In this document: positions 48,044 to 60,600 of the stretch, in pieces
Layout of the letters: every line of letters starts with the position of its first letter
Position numbering within the stretch: the stretch's first letter is position 1
Source of the DNA: Entomortierella parvispora E1425
Taxonomy: Eukaryota > Fungi > Mortierellomycota
Length of the DNA stretch: 64,000 bases
Assembly: GCA_020891255.1 (NCBI GenBank)
Contig: BQFW01000006.1
Span: 1,054,001-1,118,000, forward strand
Reading direction: 5' to 3'
Notes under the pieces: model-generated
The model's input: only the letters and a program-made list of their open reading frames with translations
Told to the model about the DNA's origin: nothing
Database searches by the model: none
Translations under genes and position numbers: made by a program

Positions 48044-50424
48044 TGTTTTCTCTTCCAGTTATCTCTGAGGATGTTCTCGCCAATTAAAATACCAGAAAGA
48101 CAGAAAACGTAAAAAAAACACGCGTCTGATCGAAGTGAGGCGCGTCAAGTCCGAAGACGACCGACTCTTTTTCTTTTCGGGCGTCATGGTTCATCAGGCT
48201 GTTGCGCGGGACAGGGAGACGTACCGGGTGAGGTCCCGATTGGGAGAAGAGAGAAAAGCAGCATATCCTTGCTTGGTGGTGTGCTGTCCCACGTCGTCTC
48301 TTTACTTGGGATGATCAATGGGCTACAGCCGTGAATTTCTCTGATCCAAAAGGAGCAAACAAAAGGAGTGACAAAGGAGGGTCCAGATGCTTGTTGACAT
48401 CATTCTCAGCTTGCACAAACAACGCCAAGAAATGTAAAGAGGCAAGAAAGCCAAAGAAAGATGGGTGAAGGCGGGAAAAAGACGTGGAGGGGAGGAAGAG
48501 CATCGTCCCTCTGGCTTCTTCAGGGCCTCGTCATGCATTAATGCAATTAACCAAAAAACACAACAGCCCAGGCCGGTGACGGGACAAAGCTAGAAAAAAG
48601 AGATCAAGACCAATGAACTGACCTTGTGGCATGCTCCTTGAAATGGTGGCAAAGCATCCTATTCGAAGGGAAGGAAAAAAATTGCAAAAAACAGGAAGAA
48701 GCGCTCATTTTATGGAACAAGCTAGAAGTCTTGTGACGGACATGAGTCTGGATGAGTCGTCAACAGTGCAATGTCCAAGCCCAACCGCAGTTTTGCCTTT
48801 GGAGTTCCCTCGCCTTAAAAGGGACAAAGAAAACAGACAAGATCCAGAAAAAATACCCCTCAGCAACAACAAAAGGAATCCCAAAGAAGCAGACCATCAA
48901 CGAAGCGTTTTTCTCGAGGTCAACCACTCGTCCTATCATCGATCAACACGGATCTCAACATCCATTTCCCTCGCTTTTATCTTTTTTTTTGAGCTCTCGC
49001 TCTCTACTTTTTATTCGCCATTTTTTTTTATTCATACCCTTTCCATACACCATTTAACACCCCTCCAAGAACGACAACATGATGTTCAGGCTCTAGCTTT
49101 CCGACTTGCAAAGGTAAACGTTCATGCAAAACGAGATTTTAGGGCCAGATATTTTTTTCTCCCTTTTTGTGCGACCATATGTTGCTGTGACGGGAATTGA
49201 CATGGAGCCGCAGCAGTTAAGGCTGGAACAGTCGTACTTTTTTGGTGTCGTCTGGTCACGCAGTGCGTGCTTGCACTCAGGCGGCAATCGCCCCCTGTTG
49301 CCGCTGTCGCAATGATAGCGATGGTCAATGAAGGACGCGTGAATTAGAGGGAGGAGATGAACAGGTCAGAAAGACAAGAGAGGGCTCGAACAGAGATGAC
49401 GAGCAAAGAGGAGCAGTTTGTATTTTTGTCAAGGTTCGATGTGGCAGTGCTACTCGCCCTCCCTTGTGAGCATTTGTCGGCCGCTGGCTGCAAAAAGTGG
49501 GTGGTTCTCTCGAGGATGGTTGTCCGTGACGATGGGCCATGATCAGTTCTTCGTCGAAGGGGACCTAGTGCTTGGTGAACTATCGTTGCCGATGGGAGTG
49601 AGTTCAACGCAGGCCCTGTTGCCAGATGTTTCGTTTGTGGTGGCAATTGAGTGGTAGGTGAGTTGGGCTGTGCGGTCGGGATGGATGGGACTCTGCTGCG
49701 TCGCATTTTTTTTTTTCGATCGGTTTCTTCGCCCTTGGTCTGGGAATGGGTGAGCAAAGATGAGCAATTGGGGCAAAGGGAGTTTGGGAGTCCCTGTGAG
49801 CGATATAAAGCCACGGGTTTTGGACCATGGCCGTTTTCTTTCTTTCTTCTCTTCCTCCACCCTCCTTTCCACCTTTTCCCTTCCCCCCTCACCCCCTCCT
49901 ACACTTGTTGTTGGTCGTCGTCGTTGCTTGTTGTTCAACACATCCTTTCCTCTTCCCTCTGTTGTTGTTCGGTCTTGCACCACTCCTTTTTCTGACAAAC
50001 TGACCCTTGTTAGCTGCAACAATCCCGTTGTTCCACATCTCTTCCTCCTTTGCGCCCCAAAAAGATCCTCTCTTTTTCGCGAGTGTGCTCGGTTGAATTC
50101 TTGTGGTGATTGTGTAGTTTGCTCGCTGCGTCTTTTTGTAATTAAACCCCAGAAAAACGAACGCTTGACCTTTAGAAAGGAAGAAGAAGGATTCTCTTTT
50201 TATATTTCTACCCACCCTACAAAGTTGAACACACAACGTCGACGCGTACTGTCGTCCGATTGAACTCTGCAAAGTAATCCATCGTTTCTTTCGTCTTTTT
50301 TTTCTGAGTTTCTGTTTTCTCGAGCCATCGAACCCCTCAAGTCCTCAAGCGAGCCTGTCAGTCATCTAACCTGATATCGCCATCATCTTCCTTTCCAATT
50401 GCATCCTTTAGGCACACTTTAACA

Positions 50425-51744
50425 ATGGATCCCTCAGCTCAATTCCTTGCTTCTTTGGCCATGGATATGTCTACTGATATGGGCCTCTTTGAGGATTGTG
50501 CTCAGTCCCTGTTTCCTTCGAATGAAGTTTTCCTCGCTGGCGCCAACAACCTGGCTGCTACCGCCAATGCTGCTACTGCTATGAATGCTTTCCCCGCTGC
50601 TGCTACCAACAATGCCGACGGCACCTTGAACTTGGATGATTGGCCTACCTGGGATACTATCCAATCCAAGCAGGCCCTTTCCTCGTTCTCTGCTGTTTCT
50701 GAAGTCAATGCCTCTGCGACCGCTGGCCTCTCCATGGATTTCACCCCCGACCTATCGCCTTCCATGAGCCTGTACACCCCTGCTGTCCACTCCTTTCAGT
50801 CTCCATCTGCCTTTGACCACCTGGCTATGGATGAACTGAACTCGAGCCCCGCGATGGAGGATGCTCTCTTCAGCAGCCAACAATCGCAAGACAGCTTTGA
50901 CTATGACTTTGGTGTCTCGACCCAGATGAGCATGGCCCCCTCCTGGTCTGCCATGGCCTCATCTCAGACTGACTTTGAGTTGTTCCCGAGCCAACAACAT
51001 GGCCCCTCGGTTACCAGCTTGGAGCAGCTGCTGATGACGCCCCTGGTGATGCCTTCACAGTCAGTTTTGGGTGCGATCGATGAGTCGCCCTTCGAGTCCG
51101 AGATGGATTACTTTTCGCCAGAGAGCTCGACCTCTGTTAGCCCAATGATGGCTAGCTACGGCGATTTGTTTGACAACCTCCATTTCGGAACGACCTTTGC
51201 TGTCCCTGCCAATGGTGGTGTTTCCGCTTCCGTCTGTGGCAATCTGTCCCAAAAGACGACCAGCTACCAGCCTCCAAGGCGCCGTCGCCGTCGCCGCATG
51301 ACCTCGGAGGAGGCTGCGCGTGTGATTGTCACGGAGCCCGTCAAGGCCAAGAACACGACGACCTCGGACGTAAAGCCCCGTTACCAGTGCTCGGTTTGCG
51401 ATAAGACCTTCTCGCGTCCCTTCAACCTGCGATCTCACAGGGCCACGCATGCCGGTATCAAGCCCTTCGCCTGCACGCATTTGAACGATAAGAGCGAGGT
51501 CTGTGGAGCTGCATTTGCCCGTCGCCATGACCTGGAGCGCCACATCTGCAGTTGCCATTCGGCTGAGAAGCTGTTCTCGTGCGATCACTGCGGTGCCAAG
51601 TGTGGTCGTAACGACGCGTTCAAGCGTCATTTGCAGAGACACCCCGCTTGCGGTCTGGCTGCTGCAGCCGCCGCAGTCACGAAGAAGGCGCTCCTGATCC
51701 AGGAAGAGGAGAACTTGAAGAATGCCGCAGCCGCATTCGACTGA
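50425..51744 (+). CDS. C2H2 zinc-finger transcription factor with three fingers, Crz1-like finger sequence (439 aa)
   Basis: CSVCDKTFSRPFNLRSH...H, C......CGAAFARRHDLERH and CDHCGAKCGRNDAFKRH; basic NLS PPRRRRRRR; acidic N-terminal region. Orthology to Crz1 is not established. Confidence 0.88.
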   Translation: MDPSAQFLASLAMDMSTDMGLFEDCAQSLFPSNEVFLAGANNLAATANAATAMNAFPAAATNNADGTLNLDDWPTWDTIQSKQALSSFSAVSEVNASATAGLSMDFTPDLSPSMSLYTPAVHSFQSPSAFDHLAMDELNSSPAMEDALFSSQQSQDSFDYDFGVSTQMSMAPSWSAMASSQTDFELFPSQQHGPSVTSLEQLLMTPLVMPSQSVLGAIDESPFESEMDYFSPESSTSVSPMMASYGDLFDNLHFGTTFAVPANGGVSASVCGNLSQKTTSYQPPRRRRRRRMTSEEAARVIVTEPVKAKNTTTSDVKPRYQCSVCDKTFSRPFNLRSHRATHAGIKPFACTHLNDKSEVCGAAFARRHDLERHICSCHSAEKLFSCDHCGAKCGRNDAFKRHLQRHPACGLAAAAAAVTKKALLIQEEENLKNAAAAFD

Positions 51745-51846
51745 TGAATGAGTGCGCTTGGTCCCCGCGTCTCCATTCATTGCCTGGATGCTCCCTTCCT
51801 CTCCTAGAGTGATTACTCTAAGAGTTCAAGGATAGGTCGATTGACA

Positions 51847-51950
51847 CCAGCAACACAGCAACAGCAACAGCAACAGCATCAACAGCAACAGCATCAGCAG
51901 CAGTAACAACCAGCAACAAGAACAACAACAAACAACAACAATAACAACGC
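51847..51950. repeat. Imperfect (CAA/CAG/CAT)n trinucleotide tract downstream of the zinc-finger gene
   Basis: About 19 Q/H-type triplets bounded by TGA and TAA, then a CAA-rich tail; not in any supported CDS. Confidence 0.8.
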
Positions 51951-53068
51951 CCCCATGATGATGGCGGTCGACAGGAACGGCACCGAACCGCCTCTTTCCG
52001 ATGAAGAGGTGGACGGAAAGCATTGAGAGAAGACTCCCAAAAGAGTCTGAGGTGTCCTCGGACGAATTCCCTGGCACCCTTTCTCTTCTTCACCCTCAAC
52101 TTTTGCCAAGTACTCCCGTCTAATCATACCCCACCTTTTCGACAACCTAAACAAACACACCCCTCTTGCGATGTTCATACCTTTTCCCGATCAAAACAAG
52201 ATCGACTTTATTTGGAACTGTGGGCATTTAAAGGCATGCCTCAGCCTCCTCTTATCGCTCGTCTTTTTTGTTCTAAGGTGGTGACTCGTCCCATATTTTT
52301 TTTTTTTTCCTTTTTTTTTTTTTTTTTTTTTCCTTAAAAAGCATTCATTTCAGAAGGATTGGATAGTTTTACCTTCATTATCGCGTTCATATTTTGCCCT
52401 TGCAACTTCGCTCCAGAATATCTCTCATTTTTTGCGAAGGGGAGCTAGTTCTTTCAAGAAGAACAATTGGGACCCTGAAGATGCAATCACTTGTCCGCAT
52501 GGGTCCAAGACATCCTTTTACTTTTCAACTTGCATCATCCTCCAACAATAATAAAAGACACTCACGAATCCTCCACAGCTATGCGCACTTTATGTTTTTT
52601 TTTATTTACTCTACACACTGACGATACACCAGCACAGTTGTTGATCCGGAGTTCTGCTGGATTTTTACTTCCAGTTTACTCAAAGACGCGGTGGAGTGCC
52701 ATTTGTGCTAAACAAGTTTAGATGCAAGATACACCCCTCTCTCCCAAACCTCAGCTCACATTACCTGAACACCCTACGCGTCAACTTACAGGAAACATGG
52801 GGATGTCTGGCTAGAATTGGATGCGATGGAGCGTTGTTATGAAGGCAAGCGAAGGGTGAAGGGGTGAACAACAATCACGACAAACGCGTTGATTTCATGC
52901 ATTCGAAATTATTTCAATAAATCCATATCACGTGAATTTCCTCCACTAAAAAATAAAAATGAATGCAAGCACACATTGTCCATTGAACTTTGTTCCTTCA
53001 TTTGCTTCAACCCCTCTTCATACTTCTTACCCCAAGGCCAAGTAAACTCAAGGGAAAACACACATTCG

Positions 53069-56000
53069 ATGCAGAACATCCCAGGCCTCTCTTTCTTTGA
53101 CGGACTGACGCGATCCCGACCTGCATCCGCTTCTGGGCGCCAAGCCCGTTCTCCGCCAGAGACGCCGCTTCTTGATGCTGCCCCATTCTCATCTCTAAGG
53201 GGAGTCATGTCCACCTCACATCCACTCGGGGCTCATGGAGATGGAAGCAGTGATGCCTTGGAACAAGGAGATTCCTCCGATTCAAAGGATGCAAGCTCGG
53301 AAGTCTCGGGAGACCCACTGTTATCTCCGTCTCCTTCACTTCCTCCAGCATCTTTCTCCAGGAGAGCCGCAACCGTCTCTTCAGGGTCTCCTTCCCCTTC
53401 GACTTCTTCACCTTTTCCAGGATTGCCAGCGCGACGAACCAGTGGAGCTTCTAATTCCGCGCGACCCTCCATTCTTTCCAAGGACAGCAGTTTCTTCTCG
53501 TCGCCGATTCTGGGTCGAAGGATTCCGAGCACAACGGAGGGAACAAGGGAAAGAAGTGGCTCTATCCAGAATGAGGAGCCGACCGCCAAGGATGTGTCCT
53601 TGATGTCCCAGGGGACCCAGGCCTATGCGATGTTGAAACGGATTCAGGAGCACCCTATCGAGCTGGCAGACATCATCCGTTTACTTGTCACCAAAAAGGT
53701 ATGGGATTGGCGGGGGTCAATCGGCGGGGTGGACGCGTCGAAACCTTGCCTGTGCCGCCTATTTAAGTTTTTTTCTTTTTCTTTCTTTGTTCCATTTCCC
53801 AATAGGCGATTTTGATCTTGCCCACCTGCCCGGTTGCAGCAGAGGAGCAAACACCCAACAGGATGTATTATGAAGACCATGTGATTATCCCTGAGAGCAA
53901 CCATGGCGAGTCTCTGTTTGTGACTCTGAGTGGGATGCGAGGAATACTGCGGCCAGCATCTTCATCAATCACGATGCTTGGGATGACATCTGGACAGGAT
54001 ACCGGGACTTTGGTTTCTGATGCCTCTGGACCCACCAAGCGATCCTTCTTTGACAATATTTCAAAGTCAGTTGACGCTTCCAGTTCTGAAGAAGCAAACG
54101 AGAACAGTGCCAGTCATCTAGAACTGAAGCTCGTGAATTCGAGTAAAAGACCAGTCGTCATTTTTGTGGAATCCGTGGGCTCGGTCCACGCTCTTCTGTT
54201 GGATCATCCGGTCGTACGGCAAGAAGGCGATGTGGCCCCGACACCGATCGTGCCACTGATGACTTCTTCTACAGCAGGTACCTCTACGACCACCGTATCA
54301 CTTATGGATCGTGCCGCAGCTAGGAGAACTGCTAGTTCAGCAGGAAGTTCCGTACGGTCCGCAAGTCTTTATGAGGATACAGGGGATCTTCCAAAGCTCC
54401 CCAAGATTGCAACTGACTTGCCACTTGAGTGGGATAGTATGGTCCGCGGCTTGGAGAGGTAATATTCTCTTTCCCAGGGTCAACTTCAGGAGGGGGGTGT
54501 TGATTTTTGCCCTTCAGCCAACTAATCGACGAGTTTATTCACTACATTTTTTGGATAGTATGGCTGTGAAACTTAAGAGAAATCCATTGCTGAACCCGGA
54601 CCGATATGCCAACGAGCTGCAGCGAAAGTATGATGAAGTCAGGGAGCGGTTTGAGGTCTATGGTTCTGCTTCGGGAATGAACCATCGATGGAGCGACCAA
54701 GACTATGACGAGGTTCAGCAGTGGGTCGAGGCATGGCTCTGCCGAGAACTTTATCATACATTGTTTGCGCAGCCTGGCAGTGTAGACTTCTTGCATGACG
54801 AGCAACTTCAGGCCAAAATTGCAGCATTGAACTTTTTAGATTTGTCGCTGGAGCACCTTGGATTTGTACTTGAACATCCAGAGGATGTAGCTCACATCGC
54901 GGACGTCGTACGCGAGGGAGGTGTTGGTGAGTACGGCTGAGTGCTGCATTGTTCTGATACCGACAGCAATATGATCTGCCAGGCAACTAAACTCTTCATT
55001 TCCTCCGCTACTGCTAGAAATGCAAAAGTTGGCTCTAGTGAAGTCACCTACTGACAAGATGAACGTCATCCTCTCCTCTCACCGTGTTGTCGTTAGTAAG
55101 TATCGTGGGCAGGTTTTTGACTAGAGATCTGTAATTGGAACGACTGACTTAATCGTGCACTATACGTAGACGCATTGAATCGGGAACCGGCTGTTCAGGA
55201 GTTGATAACAAAAGTGGAAGAGGCAAAGAAAGAGATTCAAGCAGAGTCAGGCGACGGATCAGAGGCATCCAAACTTTCCACCGCCAAGGAAACAGAGATA
55301 AAGTCGAGCATCAACAGCAAACGTACAAGCATGCCGAAGATTTTGATGGATGGCGTTATTCCTAGGGCTAACTCTGATGTGTCTCTCTCAGGAGCTCGTT
55401 CGCCCAAGATTATGATGGACGAGGGCTTTGAGAGGCCTTTTTCACTGGATGAAAAGAACGACGAGACGGAAGAGCCACCTTTAACAAGCAACAAGATCCC
55501 AGAAGAAGAAAACCCCAAGACCGATAATACTGTGGATGAAGTTGATCCTGCAAGCGTCGAGCTACCAAAGAGCCCTGCTTTGGAGGAACCTGCTGGTGTA
55601 TCAATGGTGTTGCCTAAGACTACAGTAGAGAATACCGATGGAGATACTCAAGAGGAAATCGTCGTGGCAGATTCAGCTTCAGCTTCAGGAGCCGTATTTG
55701 CTACAGAGAAACCGACAGCCATACAGTCGACCCGGAAGCAGTACAGCGCAGATGTACTGTTGCCTCTATTGATCTTCAGTGTGGTCAAGAGTAATCCGCC
55801 AATGCTCATCTCTAATCTGAGGTAAAGTAGATTTCTCTGCTTGATACCCTAGTTTGGATCAGTAACTTCTGGGAGTTATAGGGTCTAACGGCGCCGATAT
55901 CAATCATCGTATAGGTACATTCAGCGGTTCAAGGTGCAGGACCATCTTACAGGAGAGCTGGCTTACTGTCTCACGAACATGGTAATGGCGACTACTGAAG

Positions 56001-57031
56001 CTGAAACTGTTTCTATGAGTACATTTCGCTGGTTTTCTCACGCATGGTTCATCAAAATTATTTTTCAACTAGATGGCAGTCGTTTCATTCTTGGAGAACC
56101 TAGATCCTCATACACTGGGGCTATCAAGTGATATTCGAGTGCTAAGGTGCTGATCTGGCCTACATCTATCCACGCGTCACCTGTTGTAGATTGTCACTCG
56201 GAAACTAAGTTCTGTTGCGTGACCTACTACCTTTACTTTACTAGCGATATGTCGGATATCCAGGTCAATCCAGGAAAGCCGACTCCAACTCCTCTGATTA
56301 ACTTCCAGGAAGGCTTAGATCAGACAAAGGCCTTGAGTCATAAAGTCAGTCAGGATATCGTTGGGGTGGCTGAGGAGGGAATTAAGGAGGGTATCAAAGT
56401 GATCTCAGACGTTGTTCAGGATTATTCCAAATTCTGGGGCAGGTTTACCAACAGTGGCTCAGGAGGAAACATATTGAATCGAAACGGTAGTGGTGCCAAT
56501 AATAAGAGGAGTATCTCGGCTGCGTCTTCGCTAGCAGCAACAGTGACCGCGGCCAATGTTACAACGGCGTCTGCTGATCCAGCTTCAGGACTGATTAGTC
56601 CTGCTTTGTTGACAAAAAATGTGTCCACGGTCAATGTTGACAGCAAGCCAGGCGAGAACTCTAGTACACAAGATCTTTCAGAGAGGGTAAGAAACTTTGA
56701 ACGTTGAAAGATACCCCTTCATGTAAAATGGAATCAATTCGCTTACGCTTTGTCACTGCTTTGTATGCTTACTAGAACCGCGTTTTGGACATTTTGAGAG
56801 CCTCCGAAGGTCCCCAGATTCAGTTCATGGCATGTACAGACCACGAAGACTTGCGCATTTGCGATGTCAAGAGTACGCTAATTTTTTTGCCCTCTGCGCG
56901 ACATGTACCAGTGGAAATGTGCTTGTCTTAACCTGAAAATGTTTTTTCATTCCCTCCTATCTTCTATAGGTCTGCTCCAGGATTATCAGAGGATTGGAAA
57001 ATTGTTGGAGGAAATGAGACGCCAGGTTTAG
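53069..57031 (+). CDS. VPS9-domain Rab5-family guanine nucleotide exchange factor (multi-exon)
   Basis: DEQLQAKIAALNFLDLSLEHLG, KSPTDKMNVIL..H, SADVLLPLLIFSVVKSNPPMLISNLRYIQRF, GELAYCLTNM and C-terminal DLRICDVKSLLQDYQR. One or two 3' exon boundaries are not fully resolved. Confidence 0.9.
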
Positions 57032-57300
57032 ACAAACACCAAAGATACCCATTTAGAACTACGCCCAGTGTAACAAAAGCATGACGCTCAGCCCATACTT
57101 TGCCAATAAAGTCGAAACTAAAACAACAAAAGTCGGATGCTCAAAATGCCTCGTTTCCGGAAATGTGACCACCCAGCGAAGCATTAGGCTTACACATAGT
57201 CTTAGTCCTTTATTCTCTCTCTTTTCTCTTACTCTTTCTCGCTCATCCTCACCCACCAATCCCCATTTTCAAAATCCACCTTTTCGTCAATAACCAAATT

Positions 57301-57970
57301 ATGGAGTCGGCCCCCAGTGTCCATCCCACTTCCTCCAGAAGGTCACAGGGAATGAGAATTCTCAAGGAATTTATAATGCTTGCGGCATACGGCTTTGTGA
57401 TGCAAGCGGGTTCATCTCGGGTGACAGAAGCCTGCTTTTGCATGTACAAAGAGTTCCATTACAATAGAGGTAAGAAAGGAGAGAAAAAAAAAAGAAATGA
57501 ACTTGTGATCTTCCAGTGACCTGTCGTGTCTCATATCTTTCTTCTTCTTGCCTCAAGATCATAGCCTCCTCCTTCTCCTCAAAACGACACTCTTCTGCAT
57601 AATAGTCCTGGACAGTCTTGGGCGGATGAAATTCGCATTTCGTTTTGTTTTAAAAAAGTTGCAAAAACCTCAAGACTTTGCCAGATACCAGACGTTCTGG
57701 ACTTTTTTGATCTCGTCCATGTGCTTGGCTTTGACGGGGTATAACGTTTACAAATGGCTGGAGGTGAAGGCACCGGACTCAAGGGACATGGACATGGAGA
57801 GCACAGTGTTCAGCGAGGCCCAATATCGATATTTTCCATGGGATTTAGTACAAAAGAGCTGGAACAGTCTTGCATGGATGGCAGGCAGTCTTTTTACGGC
57901 CATGGCCCTCAAGTATCGAAGCGACAATTCCCTAACGCAGGTGAAGGTCAAGGAGGACGAAAAAGTATAA
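57301..57970 (+). CDS. Hypothetical multi-pass membrane protein (193 aa; exons 57301-57469, 57558-57970)
   Basis: GTAAGA...CAAG intron joins two ORFs in frame; 3-4 hydrophobic segments; a diverged copy lies immediately downstream. Confidence 0.65.
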
Positions 57971-58150
57971 GACACTCGAGAACAACGGAAAGGGATAGGT
58001 CAAGAGAATAAAACGAGTTAGCCAAGGCAATTGGGCTAAGACCATAATTCTTGAAAGGAAAGGGTAGTCCAGCAGACCTGAGTCTGATGGTGCGCGTTAG
58101 AGATTGTGTTTCATCCACTGGATGTCCTGATTCAGTTCAAGCTGTGCACA

Positions 58151-58717
58151 GACCATGGTCTTTCATCACTGCTGTTCCATGTCGATGCCTTGTTGTTGTC
58201 GATAATTGTGTATACTGAAAATGATAGGGTTGTCAGTCTCAAATGACGATCTTACGCCCCACATCTTTTGAACACTGTAAACTGGCCGTTTCGCACTCAC
58301 TGGCCATTTTTAAAAAAGGTATTATACATGCACTTATCGCGGGATTTTGATGGGATTTGGGGGCAAAGTGAGCCATCCCCCAGTTTCTGTCGCGGATGTA
58401 ATTCTTGAGATCCGAAAATAGAACCCTCAGATGCTTCTTGCGTCGTGTCGCTGTGCATTGACTGCATGATGAAGTATCGATATTGGCGATTGGATTTGGT
58501 CCGAAAGGGTCGGAACTGTCTTGTCTATATGGTCATTCCCTTGGTGTTAACGAAAATTCTGAAGGATCGCTGCAAGACTCCCTCAGCAGAGGCGCAAGTC
58601 AAGAACGATGAGAAGAACGAGGACTCTGAGAAGGAGACAACCCTGATTGTCATTGAGCCTGACCATGTTCTCGAGGAGAGCCAAACAGAAAAAAAATCAA
58701 ATATTTGTCTAATATGA
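58151..58717 (+). pseudogene. Decayed tandem paralog of the 57301 membrane-protein gene
   Basis: KYRYWRLDLVRKGRNCLVYM vs QYRYFPWDLVQKSWNSLAWM (43/58 nt identical). Upstream homologous-looking patches are in other frames and carry stop codons. Confidence 0.7.
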
Positions 58718-58766
58718 TGCCTTTTTAATGAACAATGCAAGGTATGAAAAAAAAAAGTCAACTGCT

Positions 58767-60153
58767 CTACAAGCCGGAGAAGGCGCCTGCCATCTGTTTC
58801 TCCAAGATGGCCTGCTGCTCCTTGCGTTGTTGCTCCTTCTCCGGTGAGTAATACTCTCTCAAAAAGCAAAAGCCTGTCTCTGACACAGTGTTGATGACGC
58901 CCTTCTTCTGAACCATGGTCAGTACCTCTGGAGTCTTGGCCAAGACCATGCATGCAAACCCCAGCGAGTTCACGTCCAGGGAAACTCCATCCACAGGGTC
59001 AGATGAAGCCTGTTTCCGGGGAACGATCATCATGAACTCCTTGGTCAAGATCCAGTTGTAGGCGAAAGATGACATTCCATTTGCGCACAGACTCTTCTCC
59101 TCATCTGAGAGGGATTCCTGATCTGCGTACTCGCGGATAGAGGTCATCATGGCGTCCATAAGTGAAATATATGCCTCAATCAGGATTTCCTCCTCATCTT
59201 TGTCGGACTGTGCTGGGTCAGGCAGCAGATAGACATGGTTGATACAATTGAACGGGACAGAGATGATGTCACCTAAAATACACAATTTGCAAGCAAACAC
59301 AAAAGAAAAGAGAAACATTTAGTCATTCTTCCATGGTACAGATCCCGAGTATTGAAAATGCCTAGCACGCAATCCATCGCAGGAAACGCCGAGATGGGCT
59401 TCTTTACCTGGTCTGTTCTCCTTCTTTCCAGGTCGACGCATGGAGGTCTCTCTGACAAGGATCGAGATGGGTGAAGGTGTTTCCAATGGAATCACTTGCA
59501 TGTGCTTGTGAGGCTGACTTGCTCCTGATCGTGATCCACAGTTGTAAAAAGCCAATGCGTTCCTGCTATCCTTGACTGCATTCAAACAGCTCCAGACTGC
59601 AAGCATATCCTGAGGTGAAAGTGGTTCCGTTTGAGGATGAAATTCTACAAAAAAAAAAAAAAAAAGAAAAAAAAAATAGACGCGGAAATATCAGTCAATT
59701 GGGCTGAAGGAGATATCATCTTTTGCTAACCCTTGATCTGACTCTACCTTTTGTAACGACGAGAAAGTGACGGGGGACGATACAAAATTTGTTGAGGAGG
59801 ACCTTGTGTTCCTCGCCAATGTCGGTTACATAGAGGGCAGGCGAGTGAGGCAAGAAGGGGTTGGTCTTTTCAATCCTCTTTTTAACAGGGGTCGAAGGCA
59901 TGGCTGTGTGGAGATCACCGGAGGTTGTTGGTGCTGAAGTCACTTTTGGGTTGGGGTCGGCCTCAACCACGGGGAGGACACCCTGAGGCTTTCTGGCGAG
60001 CGCGGGCGCGTAGCAGATCTCACAGTCGACTTCGTACTCGGTCTCGGTGCTCTTGACAGTTTCCGAGGCGGTGAAGATGAGCTCGCCTGATTCAAGGGCG
60101 GACTGGTAGACGGATGACAACTTTGCGTCGAAGTTAGCAAGAGATTTAGCCAT
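58767..60153 (-). CDS. APA2: ATP adenylyltransferase / Ap4A phosphorylase, Apa1/Apa2 family (382 aa; exons 60153-59748, 59644-59408, 59272-58767)
   Basis: ALESGELIF, NPFLP, VLLNKFCIVPRHFLVVT, AFYNCGSRSGASQPHKHMQ (HxHxQ), YNWILT and NSLGFA.M.L.K. Confidence 0.92.
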
Positions 60154-60600
60154 TGTGAGGAGGAGGAGGAGGAGAGCGAGGGGGGAGGAAGGGGAGGAAG
60201 GGGAGGAAGGGGAAGAAGGAAAGAGGTGTCTGGAATGCAAACAAGAATGAATGCAAACAAGAATGAGTGAAGGGAAGAGACGTCACTTTCGCGCGAAGAA
60301 GGAACGAAGAGCGGAAAAGGTGGAGTGATTGGTGGTATGTTGGTGGCGGTCCCTCTGTGGACATCCACAGAGGTGTTGTCCCTGTGCTCTCACTCTCTGG
60401 AGGAAGGTCATTTTAATTTTGTACCGGTACAGCACTGCTCTCTTTCCCTTTCATTCTTCCCTAGTGTCGCCATCATTCAACCCCTTCCCTTCCCTTCATT
60501 CCTTCTCTGCCTCTCGTCTCTTTCGCTCGGCCTTGATATACTCTCTCTCTCTCAAACACCCACTGCCCTTAGCAACAGCGCAAAGCTCTCATCCTCCGCC

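Noticed and set aside
48631-50272. Many 60-190 aa ORFs in the 2.3-kb region upstream of the C2H2 gene
   Set aside because: Low-complexity, homopolymer-driven translations with no splice-consistent model; more likely a promoter or long leader.
51847-51950. PolyQ-like tract as a hidden exon of the zinc-finger gene
   Set aside because: The Q frame is bounded by TGA and TAA, lies after the gene's stop, and has no usable splice sites.
60180-60213. (GGGGAGGAA)n repeat with G-quadruplex potential in the APA2/YIP divergent region
   Set aside because: Purine/pyrimidine-skewed simple repeats flank most genes in this window; nothing singles this one out.
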